This document shows, one piece after another, positions 9,935-20,183 of a stretch of 64,000 nucleotides of DNA. The stretch is from the IMG/VR virus record IMGVR_UViG_3300040770_000151; one strand, written 5' to 3'. The notes under the pieces were generated by a model. That model worked only from the letters and a program-made list of their open reading frames with translations, was not told the DNA's origin and searched no databases. Every line of letters starts with the position of its first letter. Position 1 is the first letter of the stretch. Both the position numbers and the translations under genes were made by a program. Source of the DNA: a virus.

Positions 9935-10411
9935 TTATTCTATTTGCTTTAATCTTTTTTGATACGCTAAATGTGCATCATATTCGTATGTAAAGATACC
10001 TAAATATTCTTTTTGTTTACCAATAATTATTTGAGCGCAAAATTTATTTGATTCTTTACTAAAATAAACACCCGTATATTTACTTTTACCTATTTGTTGT
10101 TTTGATATATTATATCTAGGAGTAACTATTTGTAAATTATCGACGTTATTATTTAATTTATTGTCATCAATATGGTCTATTACTTTTTCATATCCGTTAA
10201 TATTGTGACTTAAAAAAGACTGAGCAACTAATTGATGAACTTTTATAGTTTTTTTAATTTTATCTTTATATAAAACGACAACTAAATAACCCGTACTATT
10301 TTTTCCTGGTTTTAAAATATTTTCCTTTCCATATTTTAAACTTTTCACATTACCTAAATTACTTACCTTGTAAATTAATTCATAACCTTTAACATCTTTC
10401 CAATTTTCCAT
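9935..10411 (-). CDS. NUMOD4-HNH homing endonuclease (AP2-like C-terminus)
   Basis: WKDVKGYELIYKVSNLG, VHQLVA, DHIDDNKLNNNVDNLQ, SKYTGV. Confidence 0.9.
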   Translation of the reverse strand: MENWKDVKGYELIYKVSNLGNVKSLKYGKENILKPGKNSTGYLVVVLYKDKIKKTIKVHQLVAQSFLSHNINGYEKVIDHIDDNKLNNNVDNLQIVTPRYNISKQQIGKSKYTGVYFSKESNKFCAQIIIGKQKEYLGIFTYEYDAHLAYQKRLKQIE

Positions 10412-10521
10412 AACAAAAAAAGATACGTTTTCAAGGTTACGGCTCTACTAACGCATCTTTAAATTAATATTTTTAATATCGAACCGTAACTTTCGATAAA
10501 CAAATATACAAAAAAACAAAA

Positions 10522-11862
10522 TCAAACTATAAAAAAAGATTGTCGGAACTCGAAATACATACGCATCATCAAAGCATCTGAATAATCGGGTGATCTACCT
10601 ATTAACTCTTTTACCTTTTCTTTACTCATTATTTGTAACTTACCATCACTATCAATCTTATCTCTTTTTACTTGCTCTAATTCTTTAGTAATATCATCAA
10701 CTATTGAATTTTCTTTGCAATTTACGTAAATTAAATTTAACTGTATTAATTCAGCTAATTTGTAGTAGCATTGTGTTTTAAGGTTTTGATATTGTACTAT
10801 TACATTTTCAACTGGTAATGGTTTTGAATTATTTATAAATCCTTTACATCGTAACATATCAACTACACCGCCACCTACTCCATCTTCATCGGCTATTATA
10901 TTATTCAAAGGTACTGAATGTTTAATAGATAAATCTTTTATAGCTTTTACGGTTTCAATTATACTAGATTTGGCTAACGAAAATATCTCGACCACCCTAA
11001 AACCACTCCAAACCATTATAACCATTTTATCACTACCAAAACGGGCAATATCGGCACTAATATACTTTTCTCCGTGTTGTATAAAATCGTTTGTAAATAT
11101 GTTTTGTATATTTTCGTAATCAATAAGTTTTGCGGGGTCATTATCATATTCCCAATTGCCATAATACAAACGTTGTTTTGAATTGTCATCAAGTGACAAA
11201 AGAGAATCTAAGTATGATTGTGGTAAATGTGGATTATCAGTTGGTAATGCTTGAATAAACTTTTTGTCATTATCAATTTTACCGTTTTTATCTTTTAAAT
11301 AAAACTGAGCATAAACCCAATTTTTAGCAGGGTTACAAGTTCCTAACATTTTAGGCGTTATATCTAATTGCTTTATTTTATAACGAATCCTAGACTTAAC
11401 AATTTGCCACGCTTTATAAGTGATTTGGTTACACTCATCAATAAAAGCCCCTGTAATTTCTAACGAACCTAAACTATCAAAGTTAGGATCACTTGGATAA
11501 GCATATAAATCTTTTAATAAAATTTCGCTTCCATTAGTCCAATAGATAACTCCTGCTTGTGCATTATAATTAAATTGACTTGTTATTTTTAACAAAGTAG
11601 TTTGTTCAAAGAAAGTATTTAAAGTGGTTTCTTTTAATGCTTTTAGTTTTGATCTACCCATTAACCAACGAGTGCCAGGATATGTCTGACATTGTTCAAT
11701 TAACCAAAGCACACCTAAAGCACTTTTGCCACCACCAGCTGCTCCAAAAATTCACCCCTCAAACTTTCGTAAGAGGGGTTAATGTCCACCATATATCACC
11801 TCTTTAGTTTCTGTATCTTTGAGGTAATACACAGCGTTTTCTTGTTTATTTAATAGTTTCAA
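10522..11862 (-). CDS. terL: Terminase large subunit, interrupted by a 42-nt insert (11743-11784); 432 aa if bypassed
   Basis: TTG start 6 nt after the terS stop gives MKLLNKQ...VIYGG|AAGGGKS once the insert is skipped; downstream FIDE Walker B, CNP motif, DIARFGSD nuclease, DYSDALMM. Confidence 0.88.
11743..11784 (-). other. Intervening hairpin element in terL (candidate ribosomal bypass gap)
   Basis: GGA[CAT TAA CCC CTC TTA CGA AAG TTT GAG GGG TGA ATT TTT GGA]GCA; stem ACCCCTC/GAGGGGT with GAAA loop. Confidence 0.8.
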
Positions 11863-11868
11863 ATTATA

Positions 11869-12237
11869 TTAATTTGGTTTCACTCCATTACCTAGAGAAA
11901 TAACGTTTATTTGTTCGCCTTTTGTAGTGTGGTCGATGTGTTGCATAGACAAAGCACGTCTTTCATCGTCGGTTGCAATTAGTTTATACAAAGCAAGTAT
12001 TTCTGCTGCTTTTTCTCCTTCACCTAACTTTTTACGTAGTTTTAATTTAGTTCTAATCTTATTACCATCAAGTAATTCTTTTATATAGTTAAGTTCGTTA
12101 GAATCAATTTTAAAATAGTCGTAAAACGTTGGTTTGCTAATTGGTAAAAAAGAAATAACATCTTCAATAAAATACAAGTTTTCTGTTTCTATTGATGATA
12201 TTGCTAGGTTATATATTTCTTCTTTATTATATGCCAT
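11869..12237 (-). CDS. terS: Terminase small subunit
   Basis: HTH-like ISKPTFYDYF, C-terminal HIDHTTKGEQI; directly upstream of terL. Confidence 0.8.
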   Translation of the reverse strand: MAYNKEEIYNLAISSIETENLYFIEDVISFLPISKPTFYDYFKIDSNELNYIKELLDGNKIRTKLKLRKKLGEGEKAAEILALYKLIATDDERRALSMQHIDHTTKGEQINVISLGNGVKPN

Positions 12238-12639
12238 TTGTGTTTTTATTATTCACAAATTTACAAAAAAAACCCGCTTAAATTACTAAACGGGTTAAAA
12301 AAATATCCAAAACCAAAAAACTAAAAAATTATGAATTACAAATATAACTATTTATTTCTTTACTTTCCAAAAACCTACTGTGTTTTTGTCTCTATGTATT
12401 ATAAAAAAACTATTGAAACAAAAGTGTGCTACCTCATTTAATCCTTTATAGTTTAATACTTCAATTTGATTGGCATTTTTATTATCTAATCCGTAAGTTG
12501 TTATTTTATATCCTGGTTTCATTTCAATAAGTATTTAGTTGGTTTAATATCTTTAAATTCCTTTGCTAATTGTTTAGCTTCTTGTTTTAATCTATAACTT
12601 TCCTCAAAGAATGATTCTCTTTGCTCTACAGGTGTTTTT

Positions 12640-12879
12640 TTAGTTTGTCTCATTAAATCTTCTTTTTAAGTCTAATTGATTCTTTTTAAATCTTTTCTTA
12701 ATTAAATAACCGTTGAACTCGAAAAATCTTCCTAGAATTTCTGAAATATGTTCTATTACTTTATCAAATGATTCGTTTGCATAGAAATTACCTGTTTTCT
12801 TGTTCTTACAAATATAATAGTTTGCTATTATTTTTATTTCAAAACGTTTACGGATTTGTTTTAATAATTTTGCTTTCAT
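12640..12879 (-). CDS. Hypothetical protein
   Basis: ORF track. Confidence 0.55.
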   Translation of the reverse strand: MKAKLLKQIRKRFEIKIIANYYICKNKKTGNFYANESFDKVIEHISEILGRFFEFNGYLIKKRFKKNQLDLKRRFNETN

Positions 12880-13376
12880 AACTGTATACTTAAACCTATT
12901 TTAAAGCCGTTAAACGTATCAACTCCCGCAAAAGCTCCAATATCATCACTAATCGAATATTGAGCGTTAAATCCAGTTAAAGGCACAAAAATAAGCTTGT
13001 CGTTCTTATGATATGCTATTCCGTTATCTTCAAAGTTTCTCATTTGACCATATAATCCTGCGCCGCCTGTAAATGATATTCTAAATGAACCTAAGTAACC
13101 AAAACTAGCTACGCCATACAAACTACACCATTCCTCTTTTGCTACTCCTGTGGTGTGTTTTAATTCATCAGGTGTTATGTGTTTTCCTGCCCATTCACCA
13201 CGTGTTAATGAATTTTTTAATGTTCCACTAAATCCAGCTCCAAAATAATTATCATTTTCTGTTTTGATTATCATTTCCGCTCCTGCCAAGTTTTGACTTG
13301 CTACAAAATAATGCTGCATTACTTGTTGGCTATATCCCATTAAAGGGAATAATAGTAATAATATTAATTTTTTCAT
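12876..13376 (-). CDS. Secreted, outer-membrane beta-barrel-like protein
   Basis: Sec signal MKKLILLLLFPLMGYSQ, alternating beta strands; paralog at 47976. Confidence 0.6.
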   Translation of the reverse strand: MKKLILLLLFPLMGYSQQVMQHYFVASQNLAGAEMIIKTENDNYFGAGFSGTLKNSLTRGEWAGKHITPDELKHTTGVAKEEWCSLYGVASFGYLGSFRISFTGGAGLYGQMRNFEDNGIAYHKNDKLIFVPLTGFNAQYSISDDIGAFAGVDTFNGFKIGLSIQL

Positions 13377-13786
13377 AATTTCTCTATTTTATATCCTAAT
13401 TTATCAGCTAGTTCTTGTAATTGTTTTACTTCTGGATTAATTGTCTTTTTTACTTTTGCATCATGAATTCGTATCCAAGATGTGCCGTCAAAATATTTGA
13501 TTTCTATACTTTCCCATTCTTCATCCTCCACAATATCCAAAGCATCTAAAAATATTGTTCTTTCAAATGTTTCGTAGACTGTTCTATTTGAATTTGATAA
13601 ATCATCATTGTTAATATTTGAAACTAAACCTAATCTATCACAGTAATTAGTAGTTAAATAACAATAATTTTTAAAATTTAGTATATTAAAAACGCTTTCA
13701 ATCAAATCCTTTACGCTATCCCAATCCTCTTGAGTTGCTTTCATTGCTATTGCTCTCATAATTTTATATTTAATTTGTTTGCCCAA
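13373..13786 (-). CDS. Hypothetical protein (paralog 48637)
   Basis: AIAMKATQ..WDSVKDL...NPEVKQLQELADKLGYKI shared. Confidence 0.7.
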   Translation of the reverse strand: MGKQIKYKIMRAIAMKATQEDWDSVKDLIESVFNILNFKNYCYLTTNYCDRLGLVSNINNDDLSNSNRTVYETFERTIFLDALDIVEDEEWESIEIKYFDGTSWIRIHDAKVKKTINPEVKQLQELADKLGYKIEKL

Positions 13787-14044
13787 AAATTAATTAGTGA
13801 TTTTGGAGTATTTAATTCAGTAAATTCAATCGTATCTGATTCTTGATTTTCGTTAATCTTTTCTAGTATTTTTTTCATTATCTATGTGCTAAAGGAGTTA
13901 ATAAATAAACCGCTACTATTATTGAAACGGTTATAATTGCTAGTATTATTTCTGATTTTTTCATAATATTTGTTTTTATTTGTTGTAGCAAAGATATAAC
14001 CAATATTTAGATAAACAATACTTGTTTTTAATTTTAACACATTT

Positions 14045-14245
14045 TTAACACTTCCCATAGTTGAATTGATCAAGTTCCTCTTGCAGCTCCTTTACTTTTT
14101 TACTATCTTGATTGTTTATAGCTTCACGAATTAAAATAGGTAACTTGGATGGTCTATCAGCTATTGCTTCATATTTATTACATTCAGTCTTTCCGTGTTG
14201 CTTGCATTTTAGCTGACAATGTTTACAAAAAATATTTTTAGCCAT
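14045..14245 (-). CDS. Cys-rich hypothetical protein (paralog 49854)
   Basis: CKHC..C...GKTECNKY shared. Confidence 0.7.
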   Translation of the reverse strand: MAKNIFCKHCQLKCKQHGKTECNKYEAIADRPSKLPILIREAINNQDSKKVKELQEELDQFNYGKC

Positions 14246-14247
14246 AA

Positions 14248-14574
14248 TTAATATATTTTAAATTTAATAAATTCCTCTCCTTTTTTTACAATGTTTTTAA
14301 ACACGTGTAATTCATAAATATACCTATCATCTACTTTGTATTTTTTAACCAAACAATCAATAAAAGTTTTTAGGCAGTTATCAATATCACTTGCTGACGA
14401 ACTAAAACCAAATTCAATAGCTAGTTTAATATTTTGATTTTCATTAAAATCTATTGACTTTGGCAACTGTAATAAACAATCAGAAATAAACTTATCATAT
14501 TTAGCAGTCCTAAACTTTCTACCTTTAAACGCCTCGTTAACGCTTAAAGGTTTTATTTTTATAATGTGATTCAT
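14248..14574 (-). CDS. RusA-like Holliday junction resolvase
   Basis: PLSVN...SDIDNCLKTFIDCL...DD..I motif. Confidence 0.75.
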   Translation of the reverse strand: MNHIIKIKPLSVNEAFKGRKFRTAKYDKFISDCLLQLPKSIDFNENQNIKLAIEFGFSSSASDIDNCLKTFIDCLVKKYKVDDRYIYELHVFKNIVKKGEEFIKFKIY

Positions 14575-14576
14575 AA

Positions 14577-16397
14577 TTAAAATGGAACTTCATCATTGTC
14601 ATCTGATACATAAACATCAAATGCTTCTTCTGGTGTTGCTGTTATTTGTTTTGGTTCTTCCGGTTCATTTAATATATTTATAGTTTTGTTTTCTTCTTCC
14701 CATATTACAAATGTTGGTGCTTCGGTGTCTTTAATGAAATAACGTCCGGATGGTAAATGATAATCAAATTCAACCTGACCACCTATTTCGCCTTGAAACT
14801 TCATCTTAGTTTTCAGATTTTCAAAAACTGTTTTCGGATCGTTTTCTTCATCACCAAAAAATCTATAAATACTAAATCCATCATGCGTTTGATTTCTAAA
14901 ATCTGAACTTCCGGAAACATCGTATAATGTTGGAGAGTTATACAGTCCGGATGTATCTTTTTGCATTTTAGTCGGGTGTGCTACTAAAAATATAATTACA
15001 TTGTTTAATTGTGCAAACATTGTTAATTTAGTAAGTACTTCATTTATTTGCTGCAACCGGTTTTGATTACCGGTAAAAGCTAATTTATTAAAAGCATCAA
15101 TTACAAAAATATCAATTCCATAATTAAATAATTGTTCTTTAAACTTTTCAAATAACCAATCCCATGTAGGGAACTGACCGTTTTCTGTGCCGGTTAAATA
15201 AATCTTTTCCTCCGCCCATTCTTGATATTTAGCTATTTCGTACCGGTTTACTCTTTTACAGTCATCGTGATCTTTCCAAAAACTTCTACCTACTGACTTT
15301 TCTATAAAAGTAGTATGATGTAATGAAAATGGGTGATGCTCCGGACTAAAAAAAGAGGCTTTCATATTGTAGTCACGAACTAAATTTAAAACATACCATT
15401 CTGTAAAGTTAGATTTACCGTGTGATGGTATTCCGGTTCCAGTTATAAGATGACCACGCATTACAGAAAATACATTTTTTAACTCACCAAAACATTTATG
15501 TTTAGGGTAAATTGTTTCCGGTAATCCATTTTCATAAAGAGAAACTATATCTTCATAACAATCAGAAACTTTAAATGTTCCGGCAACAGGATACTTCACT
15601 TTGTTATTAATATTTTTTTCTAATGCCCCGGATATTAAGTCATCATTTGCATCTTTACCCTCAAAAATAATCCTTTCGCATCTGTAACGTCCCAATCTTT
15701 GCGCAATCTTTTCAGAAACTTCATTTCCTTTATCATCGTTATCAGTAGCAATATAAAACTTTTTAATGTCTTTGATGTACTTTTCAGAATTAATCCAATA
15801 GTTATCATTATCATTTGCACCGTTTGGAACTGATATAACATTTTTAATCCCTATTTCATAAAGTGATAAAACATCAATTTCACCCTCAACAATATAACAT
15901 TCATCTTGACCTATAATTGAATTAACATTATAAAAAATAGATTTTGCATTTTTTGACTGAGTAAACTTTTTGTTTCCGGACCTGTATTTTTTATTTACAA
16001 GTATATCACCCTCAAAATAATTAAAAACTATATTATTTACTTCTTTTGATAATGCCGGCTGATAAAACTTTTCTTCTGTAATTTCAAAATGCTTTAAAGT
16101 AAATTGATTTACTTTTCTATCTTCAAAATACTTTACTAATTTATCACTTAATGAAGTATAGTTTTTCCAATTTTGAACCGGTAAAGTAAAATTTTCTTTT
16201 ACTACTGATTTTTCAATACTATCCTTAAAAAACAAACCCTCACAATGGAAACACTTTGCTACTCCGGAATTAAAGTTTATATAAAGGCTTTTATCTGCTT
16301 TGTTTCTTCTATCCGGACTACAAACGGGGCATTTTATTTTTGCAGTTCCGGATGTTTTATTTGTTTCTATTAACGCCCAATTATGTATATTACTCAT
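14577..16397 (-). CDS. Primase-helicase (Zn finger + TOPRIM + DnaB/Twinkle-like helicase)
   Basis: CPVC..C..C, VEGEIDVLS, ATDNDDKG, TGIPSHGKS, VAHPTK. Confidence 0.9.
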   Translation of the reverse strand: MSNIHNWALIETNKTSGTAKIKCPVCSPDRRNKADKSLYINFNSGVAKCFHCEGLFFKDSIEKSVVKENFTLPVQNWKNYTSLSDKLVKYFEDRKVNQFTLKHFEITEEKFYQPALSKEVNNIVFNYFEGDILVNKKYRSGNKKFTQSKNAKSIFYNVNSIIGQDECYIVEGEIDVLSLYEIGIKNVISVPNGANDNDNYWINSEKYIKDIKKFYIATDNDDKGNEVSEKIAQRLGRYRCERIIFEGKDANDDLISGALEKNINNKVKYPVAGTFKVSDCYEDIVSLYENGLPETIYPKHKCFGELKNVFSVMRGHLITGTGIPSHGKSNFTEWYVLNLVRDYNMKASFFSPEHHPFSLHHTTFIEKSVGRSFWKDHDDCKRVNRYEIAKYQEWAEEKIYLTGTENGQFPTWDWLFEKFKEQLFNYGIDIFVIDAFNKLAFTGNQNRLQQINEVLTKLTMFAQLNNVIIFLVAHPTKMQKDTSGLYNSPTLYDVSGSSDFRNQTHDGFSIYRFFGDEENDPKTVFENLKTKMKFQGEIGGQVEFDYHLPSGRYFIKDTEAPTFVIWEEENKTINILNEPEEPKQITATPEEAFDVYVSDDNDEVPF

Positions 16398-17080
16398 GAT
16401 ATAACTCTTTTTTTAATTGATGCAACCTGAACGCTTTTATTTATCCATTCTGCTTTAAATCCACCCCATGAATTAACAACGCATTCTTTCAAAACTTCAT
16501 TTATGTTTTTACCGGATTTTACAACCTCTGATTCAAAATTATTAAAAGCCGTTAATGTGTTGGATAATTTTTTTAATTTTCTAACTGCAATCCAATCTGA
16601 TACTAATTGTTTTTCGGCTCCTAAATTAATTAATGAATCAAAAAATTTAAAAGGCAAAGCCTTATTTATATTTTCTTTTATATCTTCTTCTCTTATCTTA
16701 TCTTCTCTTATAGCATTGCTTTTGGATTGCAATTGTAATACACTTGCATTATCTTCTTTGTTTTCCCATCGTTTATTAGCTGCTGATGTTCTTTTTTCGC
16801 TAATTTCTTTAAACTCATTGAGCTGTTTATCTAAAAAACTAATGTTTATTTTGTCATTATTTAACGTTATAATTTTATTATCTATTAACTCTTGTAATAC
16901 ACTTGTATTTTTTTTGCAATACTTATGCAATGCAAATGCATAGTTTATGTTTCCAAGTTTTAACCAATATCCGCTACAAAGATTTATAAAACAAACTATT
17001 GATTCATCTGAGCAAACTTGAATTTCTCCTTCTAACCATTCTGAAGGCTCAAATTTAAAATACGGTAATTCCTTAGCCAT
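16394..17080 (-). CDS. Putative replication initiator
   Basis: MAKELPYFKFEPSEW N-terminus, IREDKIREE linker, WGGFKAEW C-terminus; upstream of helicase. Confidence 0.7.
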   Translation of the reverse strand: MAKELPYFKFEPSEWLEGEIQVCSDESIVCFINLCSGYWLKLGNINYAFALHKYCKKNTSVLQELIDNKIITLNNDKINISFLDKQLNEFKEISEKRTSAANKRWENKEDNASVLQLQSKSNAIREDKIREEDIKENINKALPFKFFDSLINLGAEKQLVSDWIAVRKLKKLSNTLTAFNNFESEVVKSGKNINEVLKECVVNSWGGFKAEWINKSVQVASIKKRVIS

Positions 17081-17315
17081 TTTGACCTCCTTCTTCTTCT
17101 ATAAATCTACCGCAAATTTGTAGATGTTTGTGATACGGATTTAAGTACAAAAACTTGCAAGTTTCTTCATCAAAGAAAATTGTTCTAGGTTTCTTAAACT
17201 TAATAAATGATTCTACTTGCTTTGAAGTCACAAGTATTTGATAAGCTACGTAATCAAATCTAGGTAGCGTTTTAACTCTTTCTAGAGTTTCTTTTGAAAT
17301 GGTTTTTTCTTCCAT
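17073..17315 (-). CDS. Hypothetical protein (paralog 53766); start revised to MEEKTISKE
   Basis: Near-identical to 53766-54017; upstream ORF extension runs through a non-coding hairpin. Confidence 0.7.
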   Translation of the reverse strand: MEEKTISKETLERVKTLPRFDYVAYQILVTSKQVESFIKFKKPRTIFFDEETCKFLYLNPYHKHLQICGRFIEEEGGQNG

Positions 17316-17548
17316 AATTTTAAATAAAAAAAATCCTTTTGGTTTCGTTGTGGTGGCAACTACTCCCAAAAGGATAATAAAAAATTTCTTTAATTGTAAT
17401 AAGTCCACCAAAATATTACACTACAAATATAAACAAAAAAAAACAACTAGGTACTATTTTTCGCTAATTGTTTTTAAATAACCGTTATGTAACGTATTTC
17501 ACTTTTCTAAAATAACACGGTTATTGTGATTGTTTTTTGTTTATTTCA

Positions 17549-19732
17549 TTAGAATAAGGTTAAGATACTATTTTTTTCTTCTACAAATGCTTTATGATTA
17601 TTTTCGTTAATTTTAAAGTAAGATTCTTTTAATTCAATACTAATAGACTTTCTGTTCATTTTAATCGCAGTACAACCCTCTGAACCAATTCCACCAAAGG
17701 GACTTAATACAGTGTCACCCTCATTAGAATATAAATGCAATATCCTTTCAATTGTATCTAGTTGTAAAGGACAAATATGCTTTTCATCATTTCCATCACG
17801 TCCAGAACGATATTGTAATGTTCTTGAATAGTCAATATCATACCAAACAGGCGAAGCATATTTTTGCCATAAATCAACTGGTAAATAATCTAATTTATTA
17901 TGATCTTTATCCTGGTGAGTTATTGGCGATTCATTTTCGCCCTCATTCCTAAAAAACAAAACGTAATCAGGAATACCTACTCTTGACATAATACTATCTT
18001 TTTTAATAGTTTTATGCAATAAACCTAAAGCCTTTGTTCTTTGCATTTCAGTAACAGGATTTTTCCATAAGGTAACTCTTGAATGATAAATAAAACCATG
18101 TTCTTGAAACCAATCAATTAACATTCCGCTAAAATCACGCAACCCAATATATCCCTCTTTACCCTTTTGTATCGGTAAATCCATGCAATGAATAGCGCAC
18201 ATACGACCACTTTTAAGAGTTCTTTTTAATTCTGGAATAAGATATTTAAAATGTTTTTCAAATTGCTTATAATCGCTTACATTACCCATGTCCTCCTCTT
18301 TATCTGAATAAACATATAATTCAGCAAATGGAGGACTAAAAACAACAATATCGGCGCAGTTATCAGGTAGTTTTGCAGTTTCTTGTACGCAATCTCCATT
18401 TATTAAATGGTATTGATCTGTTTTAATTTCTTTATTCATAATTTTAACTTTTGATTTTGCGGTTTTATAATTAGTTTCTGCTGAATAGTTAGACATTTCT
18501 TTTATTCTTTCAAAGTGTTGTTTTTCCTTTTCTAAAATAGTATTTCTAACATTTACTTGGCTTTCTGGAATTAGAATATGAACTGTTACTTTTTGTTTTT
18601 GACCGAATCTATAACAACGTCTTACCGCTTGATAAAATGCTTCAAATTTAAAATCATAAGACATAAAAACCATTTGATTACATTGTTGGTAATTCATACC
18701 AAATGACGCAATAGATGTTTTTGTAATTAAGGTTTTAAAATCATTATTTGAAAATCCATTTAAATACTTCGCTTTGTATTCTGGTTTGTCCGAGCCTTGA
18801 ACATTAATTGCATTATCTAATAACTTTGATAAAGTATCTGTTTCTTGGTTTTTTAAACCCCAAACAATCCATTGTTTATCATTTGAGTTTACGAGTTCTA
18901 AAGTTTTTGCAATACGCAAATCAAATGAACGATTTAAATCTTTGTGTAATTCCGTAGCAGAAACAGCCACATCACCGAATAGATTTTCGCTTAAATTATC
19001 CACTTTAATAATATGCTCAATGTATTCTATTTCAGGTAAATTATAACCATCAGAAACAAAACCTAAACTAGATGGATTATCAATTGCCATAGACCAACCT
19101 GATACGTATTTCCAAAAGTTATCCTGAGCGTGTTTTCTTAATCTCCATTTGCTAGTTTCTCCGCCATCGTGAACAAAGAACATTGCAAGCATTTCTAAAT
19201 AAGACATTCCACCTAAAAATTCAGAATGTTGTCCTAATTCCATATGATCGTTTGGTGAAGGCGTGGCAGTACACGATAATTTATAAGGCGTGTGTTTAAA
19301 AGTTTCAATAATCAAACTAGATATTTTACCATCTTTACCTTTTAGAATTGAACTTTCATCTAAAACTACTCCTGAGTATTGATGTGTTTCAATGTTTTTA
19401 AGTTGATCGTAGTTTGTAATATCAAAACAATCTAAGTCAATACCGAACTTTATAGCTTCATTTTTAGTTTGTTCTACAATTGCCAAAGGTGCTAATATCA
19501 AAACTTTTTTATTAGTGTGTTTTGATACTTGTTTTGCCCATTCTAATTGACAAAATGTTTTACCTAAACCACAATCAAAGAAAAAAGCAAAACGACCTTT
19601 AAAAAGAGCTGTTTTAACTCCAAACTTTTGAAAGTCTTTTAGTTTAGAATTTAATAAACTTTCATCTATTGTAAATCCACTTTCAATAAAACTCTTGGTT
19701 TTGGTTTCTAAGAATTTTTTGTAATCATTCAT
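17549..19732 (-). CDS. SF2 helicase fused to N4/N6 DNA methyltransferase
   Basis: DCGLGKT, DESS, TATPSPND, QAVRRCYRFGQ; then GDC, SPPF, SPFGGIGS. Confidence 0.85.
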   Translation of the reverse strand: MNDYKKFLETKTKSFIESGFTIDESLLNSKLKDFQKFGVKTALFKGRFAFFFDCGLGKTFCQLEWAKQVSKHTNKKVLILAPLAIVEQTKNEAIKFGIDLDCFDITNYDQLKNIETHQYSGVVLDESSILKGKDGKISSLIIETFKHTPYKLSCTATPSPNDHMELGQHSEFLGGMSYLEMLAMFFVHDGGETSKWRLRKHAQDNFWKYVSGWSMAIDNPSSLGFVSDGYNLPEIEYIEHIIKVDNLSENLFGDVAVSATELHKDLNRSFDLRIAKTLELVNSNDKQWIVWGLKNQETDTLSKLLDNAINVQGSDKPEYKAKYLNGFSNNDFKTLITKTSIASFGMNYQQCNQMVFMSYDFKFEAFYQAVRRCYRFGQKQKVTVHILIPESQVNVRNTILEKEKQHFERIKEMSNYSAETNYKTAKSKVKIMNKEIKTDQYHLINGDCVQETAKLPDNCADIVVFSPPFAELYVYSDKEEDMGNVSDYKQFEKHFKYLIPELKRTLKSGRMCAIHCMDLPIQKGKEGYIGLRDFSGMLIDWFQEHGFIYHSRVTLWKNPVTEMQRTKALGLLHKTIKKDSIMSRVGIPDYVLFFRNEGENESPITHQDKDHNKLDYLPVDLWQKYASPVWYDIDYSRTLQYRSGRDGNDEKHICPLQLDTIERILHLYSNEGDTVLSPFGGIGSEGCTAIKMNRKSISIELKESYFKINENNHKAFVEEKNSILTLF

Positions 19733-19979
19733 AATTTTTTAATTTTATATTTTTTTCAAAGGTAATTATTAAAATCACATTTCAACTTAAGTTTTTATAT
19801 TTTAACATTCTTTTAACTATTCCGTTTCATTAAAACATTCTATAATAGTTTCTCTAGCAAATCCAGAACAAATTAATAAGTTCTCAAAGTGTTCAACGTA
19901 ATCAGTAATAATTAAGTCATCGTTTTCGGTTTCAATGCTGTATTTTTTACCGTAGCATTCAAGTGTTAGTTTCATAGTT

Positions 19980-20180
19980 TTATTTATTATAAAGTATTAA
20001 ATATTTTCTTTCAATACACCATTTAGCATACATTAATGGAATACCCCAAAATCTATCTAACACTGGTTTAACAAACCTTTGTTTGTTGTAATCACCACTT
20101 AATAAGTAGCTACTATAACTGTAATCGTGGTCAATATCCCATTTTATAGATTCGATAATTTCTTTTTTATTGTTTTTCAT
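19980..20180 (-). CDS. Hypothetical protein
   Basis: ORF track. Confidence 0.5.
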   Translation of the reverse strand: MKNNKKEIIESIKWDIDHDYSYSSYLLSGDYNKQRFVKPVLDRFWGIPLMYAKWCIERKYLILYNK

Positions 20181-20183
20181 AGT

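Noticed and set aside
11743-11784. Group I or II intron in terL
   Set aside because: 42 nt is far too short for a catalytic core, and no register gives a U-ending 5' exon with a G-ending intron.
13882-14073. ORF 13882-14073
   Set aside because: It crosses a promoter and overlaps a better-supported short peptide conserved in unit B.
17316-17411. N-terminal extension of ORF 17073 (MVDLLQLKK...)
   Set aside because: The paralog starts at MEEKT, and the extension spans the conserved leader hairpin.
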